Positions 17,784-26,752 of a stretch of DNA of 64,000 nt are shown here, in pieces. The position numbers were made by a program, and so were the translations under genes. The stretch lies in assembly GCA_903873475.1 (NCBI GenBank), contig CAIQON010000108.1, forward strand, positions 1,064-65,063, in the 5' to 3' direction. Within the stretch, counting starts at the first letter, position 1; each line of letters opens with the position of its first letter. Source of the stretch: an uncultured bacterium. Lineage in GTDB: Bacteria; Pseudomonadota; Gammaproteobacteria; Burkholderiales; CAIKXV01. Under the pieces are notes generated by a model. It was given only the letters and a program-made list of their open reading frames with translations. It was not told the DNA's origin and did not search any database.

Positions 17784-18767
17784 TCACTCGGCCTTGATCT
17801 TCGCGGCCCGGATTACTTCGCCCCACTTCAGGTATTCACGCTCGACGAACACGGCCGCTTCCTTCGACGTGGTGCCCAGCGGTTCGATCGCGGCCTTCTC
17901 CAGGCCGGCCCTGACCTCGGGCTCGCGCAGGACCTTCACGAACTCGGCGTTGAGCCGCGACACGATCGGCGCAGGCGTTGCCACCGGCAAGAAGATGCCG
18001 CCCCAGACGCTCACCACAACGCCAGGGAATCCGGCTTCGACCAGCGTCGGCAGGTCGGGCAGCGCCGGCGAACGCTTCTCGCCGGTGGTCGCCAGCCCGC
18101 GCAACCGCCCGTCGCGGATGAAGGCCTCGGTACCAGCCAGGCTGCCGAACACGAGCTGCACCTGGCCGGCGATCACCGCGGTGACCGCGGGGCCGATACC
18201 CTTGAAGGGGACATGCAGGATGTCGAGCTTCGCGCGCGCATTGAACAGTTCGCCCGCCATATGCGGCGTGCTGCCGAGGCCAGCGGAACCGTAGGCGAGC
18301 TTCGTCGTCTTCGAGAGATCGGCGAGTTCCCGCGCCGACTTCGCCGGGACCTTCGAATTGACAGCCAGCACCAGCGACGCGGTGGTGAAGATGGTCACCG
18401 CCGCGAAGTCCTTCAGCCGGTATTTCGGATCCTGCTGCAGGTGCAGGTTGATCACCAGCGAAGGGTCGGCCAGCAACACCGTATAGCCGTCGGGGATCGC
18501 ATTGCCCGCCGTCTGCATCGCGATCATGCCGCCACCACCGGGACGGTTGTCGATGATCACGCTCTGGCCGATCGATTCGGACAGCTTCGGGCTGGCGAGC
18601 CGCCCGACGAAATCGAAGATGCCGCCAGGCGCGAACGGGACCAGCAGCCGGACTGGCCGCGACGGGTAGGCGTCCGCGGCATGGCCGCCGCCTGAAGCCG
18701 CGAGCAGCATGGCGGTCGTGGTCGCCGTCGCGACGGCCATCGAAAGGTCGGATAAACGAAGGTCCAT
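17784..18767 (-). CDS. Bug/TctC-family substrate-binding protein
   Basis: AYPSRPVRLLVPFAPGGIFD after a signal peptide. ATG at 18767 after GGAG. The 580-aa track ORF runs on antisense to the next gene. Confidence 0.9.
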   Translation of the reverse strand: MDLRLSDLSMAVATATTTAMLLAASGGGHAADAYPSRPVRLLVPFAPGGIFDFVGRLASPKLSESIGQSVIIDNRPGGGGMIAMQTAGNAIPDGYTVLLADPSLVINLHLQQDPKYRLKDFAAVTIFTTASLVLAVNSKVPAKSARELADLSKTTKLAYGSAGLGSTPHMAGELFNARAKLDILHVPFKGIGPAVTAVIAGQVQLVFGSLAGTEAFIRDGRLRGLATTGEKRSPALPDLPTLVEAGFPGVVVSVWGGIFLPVATPAPIVSRLNAEFVKVLREPEVRAGLEKAAIEPLGTTSKEAAVFVEREYLKWGEVIRAAKIKAE

Positions 18768-18905
18768 GTGTGCTCCGTTGTTGTTTGACGGCAAGGTTCG
18801 TACCACTGCAATCACAGATTCCATCCCGCTCGGCGTCAATCTTGACCGTGACCGGGCCCGGGTGTAAAGCTGCCTGCACTGGAAACTCACGCAAGGAGCA
18901 CGGCC

Positions 18906-19505
18906 ATGGTCCAGAAAGTGAAGCTCGTCCAGCCGAAGGACGCTGCCGGAGAAGTCGCGCGCATCTTCGAAGATATCCGCAAGACCAAGGGCGACAAGTT
19001 CCTGACGCCCACGTGGGGCTTCTTCGCCCAGGACGTCGAACTGCTGCGCCACTGGTGGGGCCTCACCAAGCGCCTGCAGATGACCGAAGGCGCGATCGAG
19101 AAAACGCTGCTCAATTCGATCTCGCTGGTCTGCGCGGCCGAGGTGAATTGCCCGCGCTGCATCAACAACCACCAGACCCACCTGATCGAGCACTTCGGCA
19201 TGTCGACCGACGACGTGATGGAAGTGCTCGACTTCGAGAATTCGACGAAGGTCGACGAACGCGCGAAAGCGGTGCTGCGCTTCGCGCGCAAGACGGCTTT
19301 CAACGAGCCAATGGACGAATCCGACTTCGCGGCGCTGCGCAGCCACGGCATCACCGACGTGGGCGTGGCCGAGATCGTGTCGATGGCGATGCTCGAGTCC
19401 GGCATGGCCCGCCATGCCGTCGGCGTCGCCCAGTTCGAGAACGGCGACGACTGGCCGCGCGACAATCTGCCCTCGAAGACCTACGCCGAGAACGTCAACG
19501 CCTGA
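18906..19505 (+). CDS. Carboxymuconolactone decarboxylase (AhpD-like) family protein with CPRC motif
   Basis: RBS AAGGAG. ...SLVCAAEVNCPRCINNHQTHL... CxxC in an AhpD-like helix context. Paralogous to 21366-21974. Confidence 0.7.
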   Translation: MVQKVKLVQPKDAAGEVARIFEDIRKTKGDKFLTPTWGFFAQDVELLRHWWGLTKRLQMTEGAIEKTLLNSISLVCAAEVNCPRCINNHQTHLIEHFGMSTDDVMEVLDFENSTKVDERAKAVLRFARKTAFNEPMDESDFAALRSHGITDVGVAEIVSMAMLESGMARHAVGVAQFENGDDWPRDNLPSKTYAENVNA

Positions 19506-19524
19506 CCGGAACACGCCTGCCGCC

Positions 19525-20046
19525 ATGCCGATCGCACCGATACAAGGTACCGCCGCGGTCTTCGGGGATCATGTCTCCGCCGACTCGATGCTGCCCGCCC
19601 GCCACTCCTTCCTGCCGCCCGACCAGATGGCCGAGCAGGTCCTGATGGACGTCGGCCCGGAGGCGAACCGCAAGGTACGCACCCATCCGGTGATCGTCGC
19701 TGGCGACGCGTTCGGCTACGGCACCGGGCGCGAGTCGCCGTCGCGCGCACTGCGCGCAGCAGGCGTACGCGCGGTGATCGCCCGCAGCTTCTCACGGCTG
19801 TTCTTCCGCAATGCACTGAACAACGGGATCGTGGTGATCCAGTGCCCGGCGCTCGCCGCAATGTCGGTGCAGGACGGCGATCCGGTCACCATTGCACTCG
19901 AGGAGGGCAAGGTGCACTGGAACGGGCAGTCGTTCGACTTTCCACCGATGAGCGGTGTCGTCTCAGAGATCGTCGCAGCGGGCGACCTGATCAGCTACGG
20001 ACGCGCGCTGCTGGCGAAGTCCGCGTCGTCCGGCGCGGGAGCATGA
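19525..20046 (+). CDS. Aconitase-family small subunit (LeuD/HacB-like)
   Basis: ...VIVAGDAFGYGTGRESPSRAL...IARSFSRLFFRNALNNG... swivel-domain motifs. 4-nt ATGA overlap with the large subunit. Confidence 0.8.
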   Translation: MPIAPIQGTAAVFGDHVSADSMLPARHSFLPPDQMAEQVLMDVGPEANRKVRTHPVIVAGDAFGYGTGRESPSRALRAAGVRAVIARSFSRLFFRNALNNGIVVIQCPALAAMSVQDGDPVTIALEEGKVHWNGQSFDFPPMSGVVSEIVAAGDLISYGRALLAKSASSGAGA

Positions 20047-21311
20047 CCATGGGCAGGACGCTTGCACAGAAGGTACTCGAACGAACGAGCGGGCGTACCG
20101 GGCTGGTACCGGGGACGATCGTCGAGGCAAAGCCCGACTTCAGCTATTCGCACGACTACGCCGCCTGGGCGATCGATGCCTTCGAGAAGATGGGCGCCAC
20201 CCGCGTCCACCGCCCGGAACGGATCGCGGTGTGCTTCGACCACGGCATCCCGCCCAACAGCGCACGCGATGCCAACAGCCTCAAGCGGGTGCGCGACTTC
20301 GTCAAGAAGCACGGCTTCGCGCAGTTCTACGAGGCCGGCACCGGCGTCGCCCACCAGGTGATGGTCGAGCAGGGCTGGATCGTCCCGGGGTCGCTGTCGA
20401 TCTGCAACGACTCGCACGCCTGCTCCGGCGGGTCGGTGGGCGCGCTCGCGCTCGCGGTGGGCGAGACGGAAGTCGGCTTCCTGTGGGCGATCGACCGCCT
20501 CTGGTTCCGGGTGCCGGTCACGCGGAAGATGGTGCTCGACGGCCGCCTGCGCCCGGGCGTCTATGCGAAGGACCTGATGCTGGTCATCGCGAAGCAACTC
20601 GGCGTGCTCGGCGCGCTGTACGAGATTCTGGAGTTCCACGGCGAGGGCGCGAAGACCCTGTCGGTGTCGGAACGCTTCACGCTTTGCAATATGGCCACCG
20701 AAGTCGGCGCCAAGGGCGGCGTGTTCCCGCATGACGAGGTGACCGCGAAGTTCATGGCCGGGCGCGCGAAGTTCGCGTTCGAGCCGGTGCATTCCGACCC
20801 GGACGCCGAGTTCACCGCCGAGATGCATTTCGACCTCGATTCACTGCAGCCGATGGTCGCCCTGCCGGGACGCGAAGACTACGGCGTGCCGGTGTCCGAG
20901 GTCGCAGGCCAGCACATCGACCAGGTGTTCATCGGCTCGTGCACCAATGCGCGAGCGGACGACCTGGCCATCGCGGCGAACATCCTGCGCGGACGCAAGG
21001 TGCACCCGGGCATCCGGCTGATCGTGACGCCGGCCTCGCGCCAGGCCGAACTCGATGCCCTGCGCAGCGGCGACATCGAGGCGCTGGTGGAAGCCGGTGC
21101 GATACTGATGCCCTCGGGCTGCGGCGTCTGCGCGGGCACGCACCAAGGCGTGTCTGCGGACGGCGAGCGTTGCCTGTCCACCAGCAACCGCAACATGCCG
21201 GGGCGCATGGGCAACCCGAAGTCCGAGATCCTGCTGTGCAGTCCGGCGACCGCGGCGGCCAGCGCGATCGCCGGCTGCATCGCCGACCCGCGCGACGCCG
21301 CCATCGCCTGA
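20043..21311 (+). CDS. Aconitase-family large subunit (type-II LeuC/HacA-like, ~420 aa)
   Basis: ...TLAQKVLER..., DSHACSGG, GSCTNAR and SGCGVCAG Fe-S ligand motifs, STSNRNMPGRMG. Confidence 0.85.
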   Translation: MTMGRTLAQKVLERTSGRTGLVPGTIVEAKPDFSYSHDYAAWAIDAFEKMGATRVHRPERIAVCFDHGIPPNSARDANSLKRVRDFVKKHGFAQFYEAGTGVAHQVMVEQGWIVPGSLSICNDSHACSGGSVGALALAVGETEVGFLWAIDRLWFRVPVTRKMVLDGRLRPGVYAKDLMLVIAKQLGVLGALYEILEFHGEGAKTLSVSERFTLCNMATEVGAKGGVFPHDEVTAKFMAGRAKFAFEPVHSDPDAEFTAEMHFDLDSLQPMVALPGREDYGVPVSEVAGQHIDQVFIGSCTNARADDLAIAANILRGRKVHPGIRLIVTPASRQAELDALRSGDIEALVEAGAILMPSGCGVCAGTHQGVSADGERCLSTSNRNMPGRMGNPKSEILLCSPATAAASAIAGCIADPRDAAIA

Positions 21312-21339
21312 TCCAGGCTGGTTCGGCGAACAGTGCAAC

Positions 21340-21358
21340 CCGGGCAGGCGGTGCCCGG
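21340..21358. terminator. Weak GC hairpin between convergent genes
   Basis: CCGGGCA-GGCGG-TGCCCGG (7-bp stem, 5-nt loop) between stop codons at 21311 and 21366. No U-tract. Confidence 0.25.
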
Positions 21359-21365
21359 TGGCGGC

Positions 21366-21974
21366 TCAGTGGTTGATCACCTTGCGGTACTCGGGCGACG
21401 GGGTATGGCGCGCCGGCCAGTTCACGCCATCCTCGAAACGCGCGAACACCGCCGCATGGCGGGCGAAACCGCCTTCGAGCAGCGCGACCGAGACGATCTC
21501 GGTGATGCCGGCATCGTCGTAGCCGGCATCGCGCAGCGCAATGAATTCCTCGTCGGTGATCTGCTCGTTCAGCGTGAGCTTGCGCGCCACGCGGTACACC
21601 GCCTTCTCCGCCTCGGGTAGGTCCGAGGACTCAAAGTCGTGAAGCTTGTCGACCTCGGCCGCGGACAACTGCATCCGTTCGATCAGGTCCGACTTGTGGA
21701 AGTTCACGCAGCGCGGGCAGTCTGTGGCGACCGCGCACACCATCGCGATCTTGTTGGTCAGGTCGCGCGGCACATGCCCGTCGAGCACTTCCAGCTGCTT
21801 CTGCAGTTCCCACCAGGCCTTGAGCAGCGGCGGCACGTTCGCGAAGAAGCCGAACAGCGGGCCCAGCCAGCGCGGGTCCTTCATCCGGCAGATTTCCTGA
21901 AAGACCTGCTCGACGTCGCTCGATGCCTCGCCGGGCTTCACCAGCTTCACGATGTGCATGGCCTTGTCACTCAT
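21366..21974 (-). CDS. Carboxymuconolactone decarboxylase (AhpD-like) family protein with CPRC motif
   Basis: ...AMVCAVATDCPRCVNFHKSDL.... Collinear similarity to 18906-19505. ATG after GGAG. Confidence 0.7.
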   Translation of the reverse strand: MSDKAMHIVKLVKPGEASSDVEQVFQEICRMKDPRWLGPLFGFFANVPPLLKAWWELQKQLEVLDGHVPRDLTNKIAMVCAVATDCPRCVNFHKSDLIERMQLSAAEVDKLHDFESSDLPEAEKAVYRVARKLTLNEQITDEEFIALRDAGYDDAGITEIVSVALLEGGFARHAAVFARFEDGVNWPARHTPSPEYRKVINH

Positions 21975-22007
21975 AGTCCTGCTCCAGGGTGGTTGTTGGA
22001 AACGGGT

Positions 22008-22382
22008 TCAGGCCGGCCGGAAGCCGCCCTCGGCCGGCAGCGGCGGACTGTAGATCACGACCACCTTCGCCGGCCCGTCCACCGCGCGCGCGCCGTGCAC
22101 GCACTTCGGCGGGATGCGGATCACGCTGCCCGGGCCGCAGCGCTGCGGCGGCAGGCCGGGCTCGGAATGCTCCAGGAAGCCCTCGATAACCATCACGATC
22201 TGCCAGGCGGTGTCATGCGAATGCGGATGCGCCGCGCCTCCGGCTGCGACCTCGCCCAGCACCATCTCGAGCCCCGCACCGAGCGAGGCTTCGACCAGCC
22301 GCCGATTGACAGTGCCACCATGACCGGGCGGGGAGTAGGACGGCAGCGTGTCGGGGTGGACGATGCGCGGGGGCTGTTCCAT
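22008..22382 (-). CDS. Cupin domain protein
   Basis: ...AAHPHSHDTAWQIVMVIEG...GSVIRIPPKCVHGA... two-motif cupin signature. RBS AGGAGA. Confidence 0.7.
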   Translation of the reverse strand: MEQPPRIVHPDTLPSYSPPGHGGTVNRRLVEASLGAGLEMVLGEVAAGGAAHPHSHDTAWQIVMVIEGFLEHSEPGLPPQRCGPGSVIRIPPKCVHGARAVDGPAKVVVIYSPPLPAEGGFRPA

Positions 22383-22439
22383 CGAGGGTCTCCTGCAGGG
22401 TCGTTCTGTGCGGCCTGGCCATGGCCGGCCGCAGGGATC

Positions 22440-23642
22440 TCAGGCGAGCGCGCGTGCGCCGCCAGAGGCGAGCAGCACGGCGATGCCGGCCTCGTCGTAG
22501 CCCGCCTCGCGCAGCAGCACGCGAGTGTGCTCGCCCAGCCGCGGTGCGTTCATCGGATGCCGCGCCGCGACGCCGTCGAAGAAGCCCGGCGAGGACAGGT
22601 GCTTCACGGGTCCGATGCCGGCGAACTCGCGCGTCTCGGTCGCGCCGCTGCGTTCCAGCTGTACGTCACCGGCGACATCGGCCAGCGACACCACGGGCAT
22701 CGCCGGCATGCTCAGCTCGCGCGCGAGCGTGATCCATTCGGCGACGGTGCGGGTATGCGCGACCGACTCGACCACGTCGTACAGTTCGTGGAAACGGGTG
22801 CCGCGCACCGCCGGGTCGGTGACGCGCGGGTCGGTCGCCATGTCGGGCCGGCCCACGGCGATGAAGAAGCGCGCCCACTGCTCGTTGCTGTAGGGCGTCA
22901 TCGACACATGGCCGTCCTTCGCGCGGTAGATGCGCCGGCCCTCGCGCGTCACGCGGGTGTATCCGACGCTACCCTCCGGAGAGAAGGTCGCACCCTGCAG
23001 GTGCTCGACCAGGCAGAAGGAGGCGAGCGTCTCGTACATCGGCACGTCCACCGTGCCGCCCTGCCCGGTCGTGCGCTGGCGCACCAGCGCGGCGAGCATC
23101 GCGGTGGCGAGCGCGAGGCCGGCGACCTTGTCGGCGATCAGGCTCGGTACCAGCCGCGGCGTGCCGTCGGCATCGGCATTCAACCCCGACAGGCCGACCG
23201 CGCACTGGATCACGTCGTCGATCGCCGGTGCGTCGGCAAGCTCATGCGCTTCGGCGAAGCCGGTCGCCGCGCAATACAGGAGCCGCGGGTTCAGCGCCGC
23301 GCAGGCCTGCGGCGAGAAACCCAGCCGTGCCATCGGCTTGCGCCGCACGTTGTGCACCAGCAGGTCGGCGCCCCGGATCAATGCCTCGAGTGCAGCCTTG
23401 CCGTCGGGCTTGCGGATGTCGAGCACGATGGACCGCTTGCCGCGGTTCAGGTTCACGAACACCGGGCCCATGCCGCGCTCGGGCGCATGGCCGGCGTAGC
23501 GCATGATGTCGCCCTCGGGGACCTCGACCTTGACCACGTCGGCACCATAGTCGGCCAGGATCTGCGTCGAGTACGGGCCGAACACGACCGAAGTGAGGTC
23601 GATCACCCGCACCCCGTCTAGCATCTTCGCTGCTGCTGTCAT
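22440..23642 (-). CDS. Family III CoA-transferase (CaiB/BaiF type)
   Basis: MLDGVRVIDLTSVVFGPYSTQILADYGADVVKVE... is the canonical N-terminus of this family. About 400 aa. Confidence 0.9.
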   Translation of the reverse strand: MTAAAKMLDGVRVIDLTSVVFGPYSTQILADYGADVVKVEVPEGDIMRYAGHAPERGMGPVFVNLNRGKRSIVLDIRKPDGKAALEALIRGADLLVHNVRRKPMARLGFSPQACAALNPRLLYCAATGFAEAHELADAPAIDDVIQCAVGLSGLNADADGTPRLVPSLIADKVAGLALATAMLAALVRQRTTGQGGTVDVPMYETLASFCLVEHLQGATFSPEGSVGYTRVTREGRRIYRAKDGHVSMTPYSNEQWARFFIAVGRPDMATDPRVTDPAVRGTRFHELYDVVESVAHTRTVAEWITLARELSMPAMPVVSLADVAGDVQLERSGATETREFAGIGPVKHLSSPGFFDGVAARHPMNAPRLGEHTRVLLREAGYDEAGIAVLLASGGARALA

Positions 23643-23773
23643 TGCCGATCCGGGATCAGTCGTTATGCAGGCCGTGATGGTACCTCAGCACATCGCGGAC
23701 CCCGACGATGCTGCGAAGACTGCGCAGGGCCGCCGGCGTATCATCGGCGCTCTTCGCCAAGGATGAAACGATC

Positions 23774-24770
23774 GTGATCCGTCCCGACCCCGCCCGCCGT
23801 GCCGCGCTTGCAGCGGCCTTCGCGGCCGCGCTGTTGCCAGCCCCGGTAATGGCGCAGAACGCCGACGCGGCCGCCTTCCCGTCGCGGCCGATCCGCATGG
23901 TGGTGCCATACGTGCCCGGCGGCCTGCCCGATACCCTCGGGCGTATCGTCGCTCAGCGCCTCGGCGATGCCTTCAAGCGTCCGGTACTGATCGACAACAG
24001 GCCGGGCGCGGGCGGCATCATCGGCACCGAACTGGTCGCGCGCGCTGCCCGACGGCTACACGCTGCTGGTGGCCGACCTCGGGCAGACGGCAATCACCCC
24101 GGCGATGACGCCCAAGCTGCCCTACGACATCCGGCGCGACTTCGCACCCGTGAGCCTGCTCGGCACCTCGCCGTTCTTCCTGGCTGTGAACAGCAGCACC
24201 GGCGTCTCGACGCTGAAGGAGTTCGTCGCCTACGCACGCGCACGCAACGGCAGCGCGTCATACGGCTCCTCCGGCGTGGGCAGCCCGCACCACCTGGCGA
24301 TGGAGATGCTGCGCCTGCGGCTGGGCATCGAGCTGGTGCACGTGCCGTACAAGGGCAGTGGCCAGTCGACGCCGGCGATCGTCTCGGGCGAGGTGCCAGC
24401 GCTGTTCACGGTGCTGCCGACGGTATCGGCCCATGTGAAGTCGGGCACCATCAGGCTGCTCGGCGTGGCGAGCGCCACGCGCAGCGCGCAGGCGCCCGAC
24501 GTGCCGACGTTCGCCGAACTCGGGGTGAAGGACTTCGTGCTGCTGCCCTCGGTCAGCGTGCTCGCGCCGTCCGGTACGCCGGGCCAGGTAATCGACCGGC
24601 TGGCCGCCGAGATCGGCAAGGCGGTCAGGCATCCGGACTCGATGCAGAAGCTCGCCGCGATGGGCATCGACCCGGTCGGCAGCACGCCGGCCGAGTATGC
24701 GAAGCAGCTGCGCGCCGACATCGAGCTGTTCGTGCAGGCGGTGCGCGCCTCGGGTGTGAAGGCGGAATGA
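23774..24770 (+). pseudogene. Bug/TctC-family gene interrupted by a +1 frame change near 24041-24050
   Basis: The first frame gives ...AFPSRPIRMVVPYVPGGLPD...GGIIGTELVARAA, then turns into Arg/Ala-rich nonsense. The Bug sequence continues in the +1 frame from ...PDGYTLLVADLGQTAITPAM... to the stop at 24770. Start uncertain (GTG 23774 or track start 23708). Confidence 0.7.
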
Positions 24771-25291
24771 CCGGCCCGGCCTCCGGGGACGGCGCGCACA
24801 CCGGGGACGCGACCGGAGACAGCCAGCTCTACTTCGAGGATTTCGCGCCCGGCCAGCACTGGCCCGGGCAGGAACGCCGCCTCGATGGCGCCGCATTCCG
24901 CGCCTTCGCCACCCTAACCGGCGATGCCCACCCGATCCACTACGACGCCGACTACGCGCGCGGCACCCGCTTCGGCGCACCGGTCGCGCACGGGCTGCTG
25001 GTGGCGGCGATCGGCGCGCTGGGCGCCACCGCCCTGTCGCCGCGGCTGGAGTCGTCGATGGTCGCCTTCCTGGAGCAGGGCATGCGCTTCCTCGCTCCGG
25101 TACTGGAGGGCGACACGATTCGCACTGCGTTCGAGGTGGAGAGCACCCGGCCCTCGCGCGACGGCAGCCGCGGCGTGGTGCGCTTCATCGTGCGCGTGAG
25201 CAATGCGGCCGGCACGCTGGTCGCCGAAGGCTTCCACGCATACCTGATCTCCGGCCGGCCGCAGCCTCGTCCCCGGCCAGCCACACCCTAG
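24767..25291 (+). CDS. MaoC-like (R)-hydratase/hotdog-fold protein
   Basis: ...FATLTGDAHPIHYDADYARGTRFGAPVAHGLL... MaoC dehydratase motif. ATGA overlap with the Bug stop. Confidence 0.8.
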   Translation: MTGPASGDGAHTGDATGDSQLYFEDFAPGQHWPGQERRLDGAAFRAFATLTGDAHPIHYDADYARGTRFGAPVAHGLLVAAIGALGATALSPRLESSMVAFLEQGMRFLAPVLEGDTIRTAFEVESTRPSRDGSRGVVRFIVRVSNAAGTLVAEGFHAYLISGRPQPRPRPATP

Positions 25292-25302
25292 AGGAGCCCG
25301 AC

Positions 25303-25698
25303 ATGGCCAAGCCCTTCACCGCAGTCGTGCCGCCCGGCGGCTGGAATCCGCGCTACACCTTCTCCGCCGGCGTACGCGCCGGCAACCTGCTGTTCATCTC
25401 CGGCATGACCGCCGCGAACGAGCAGGGCGAGATCGTCGGCGAAGGCGACATCGTCCGGCAGACCGAATACATCTTCGAGAAGATGGGCCGCGTGCTGGAG
25501 GCGGCTGGCGCCTCGTTCGCCAACGTGGTCGAGACCACCGAGTACTACCTGACGCTGGACGGATACGCCGGCACCGCAGCGATACGCCGCAAGGTCTTCG
25601 GCGACGCGCCCTGGCCCGCGGCGACCGGCGTGCAGGTCGCCGGGCTGATCCGCCCGGGTGCGCTGATCGAGATCAAGGCGACCGCGCTGCTCGACTGA
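25303..25698 (+). CDS. RidA/YjgF/L-PSP family protein
   Basis: ...GNLLFISGMTA...GDIVRQTEYIFEKMGRVLEAAGASFANVV...IEIKATA. RBS GAGGAG. Confidence 0.85.
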   Translation: MAKPFTAVVPPGGWNPRYTFSAGVRAGNLLFISGMTAANEQGEIVGEGDIVRQTEYIFEKMGRVLEAAGASFANVVETTEYYLTLDGYAGTAAIRRKVFGDAPWPAATGVQVAGLIRPGALIEIKATALLD

Positions 25699-25717
25699 GC
25701 CGTGGCGCGCCGGTCGC

Positions 25718-26725
25718 TCAGTTGATGCCGGCGCCGGAGGCGCGCACCACCTTTTCCCATTTCACCAGTTCGCTGCGGATCAGCGCACCCAGCTGCTCGG
25801 GCGTACCCGGCGCGGGTTCGTCGATGCCCTGCCCGGCCAGCTGTGAGCGCACCTCCGGGTCGGCAAGCACCTTGCGCAGTTCGGCGTTCAGCCGGTCGAT
25901 GACCGGCCGCGGCGTGCCGCCGGTAGCGGCCAGCCCGTACCAGGTGGTCGCGACGAAGCCGGGTACGCCCGCCTCCTGCACCGTCGGCAGGTCGGGCGCA
26001 GCGGCGCTGCGTTTCGCGCTGGTCACCGCGAGCGCGCGTACCTTGCCGGCACGGGCGATCGGCAACAGGGTGCCGATGCTGCTGATCACGATCTGCACCT
26101 CGCCCGACATCAGCGCGGTCAGCGCCGGCGGCGCGCCCTTGAACGGCACGCGTACCGTCTGGATGCCGGCGAGCGTGTTCAGCAGTTCCGTCGCCAGATG
26201 GGTCGGGCTGGACGTGGCGCCGTAGAACAGGCCGCCCTTCTTCGCGCGTGCCAGCACGAGCAGCTCCTGCATCGTGTTCGCCGGCAGCCCGTTGTGCACC
26301 GCGACGATGTTCGGCGACTCGCCGATCAGGCTCACCGGTGCGAAGTCCTTGATCGGGTCGAACGGTACCTTGCCGTAGAGCGGCGGATTGATCGCCACGC
26401 CCGGCTGGATCAACAGAAGCGTGTGGCCGTCCGGGCTCGCCCGCGCGACCACTTCCATCGCGATGTTCGCATCCGCGCCCGGCCGGTTCTCGACGATGAC
26501 TGGCTGGCCGAGCGGCACCGCCAGGCGTGGTGCCACGATGCGCGCGACGAGGTCGACCGGACCGCCAGCGGTGAAGCCGACGACGATGCGCAGCGGCCGC
26601 GACGGCCAGGCCTGTGGCTGCGCCTGCACAGGCAGGCTCGACAGCAGGAAGGGCACGGCGGAAAGTGCGGCGAGGACCGGAAGGGCGGCCAGTGTCTTGC
26701 GTCGGGTCTGCATCGACTCATCCAT
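25718..26725 (-). CDS. Bug/TctC-family substrate-binding protein
   Basis: AWPSRPLRIVVGFTAGGPVD after a signal peptide. Start ATG at 26725 or 26713. Confidence 0.9.
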   Translation of the reverse strand: MDESMQTRRKTLAALPVLAALSAVPFLLSSLPVQAQPQAWPSRPLRIVVGFTAGGPVDLVARIVAPRLAVPLGQPVIVENRPGADANIAMEVVARASPDGHTLLLIQPGVAINPPLYGKVPFDPIKDFAPVSLIGESPNIVAVHNGLPANTMQELLVLARAKKGGLFYGATSSPTHLATELLNTLAGIQTVRVPFKGAPPALTALMSGEVQIVISSIGTLLPIARAGKVRALAVTSAKRSAAAPDLPTVQEAGVPGFVATTWYGLAATGGTPRPVIDRLNAELRKVLADPEVRSQLAGQGIDEPAPGTPEQLGALIRSELVKWEKVVRASGAGIN

Positions 26726-26752
26726 CGGGTTGCGTTGAAGGGCGTGCGGCGT

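Noticed and set aside
21639-23621. 660-aa plus-strand ORF
   Set aside because: It is antisense to three well-supported minus-strand genes (CMD, cupin, CoA-transferase) and has no recognisable motifs. I used the same logic for 26198-27481, 26718-28355, 28181-29473, 37016-38130, 37974-39275, 39134-40159, 43098-44621, 48915-50390, 50410-51918, 52517-53926, 55072-57035, 58773-60077 and 60010-61998.
23708-25291. Apparent 527-aa fusion protein
   Set aside because: It is an artefact. It joins a Bug N-terminus, about 230 codons of out-of-frame read-through (Arg/Ala-rich) and the MaoC gene, which happens to be in the same frame. It resolves into a frameshifted Bug gene plus a separate MaoC gene.
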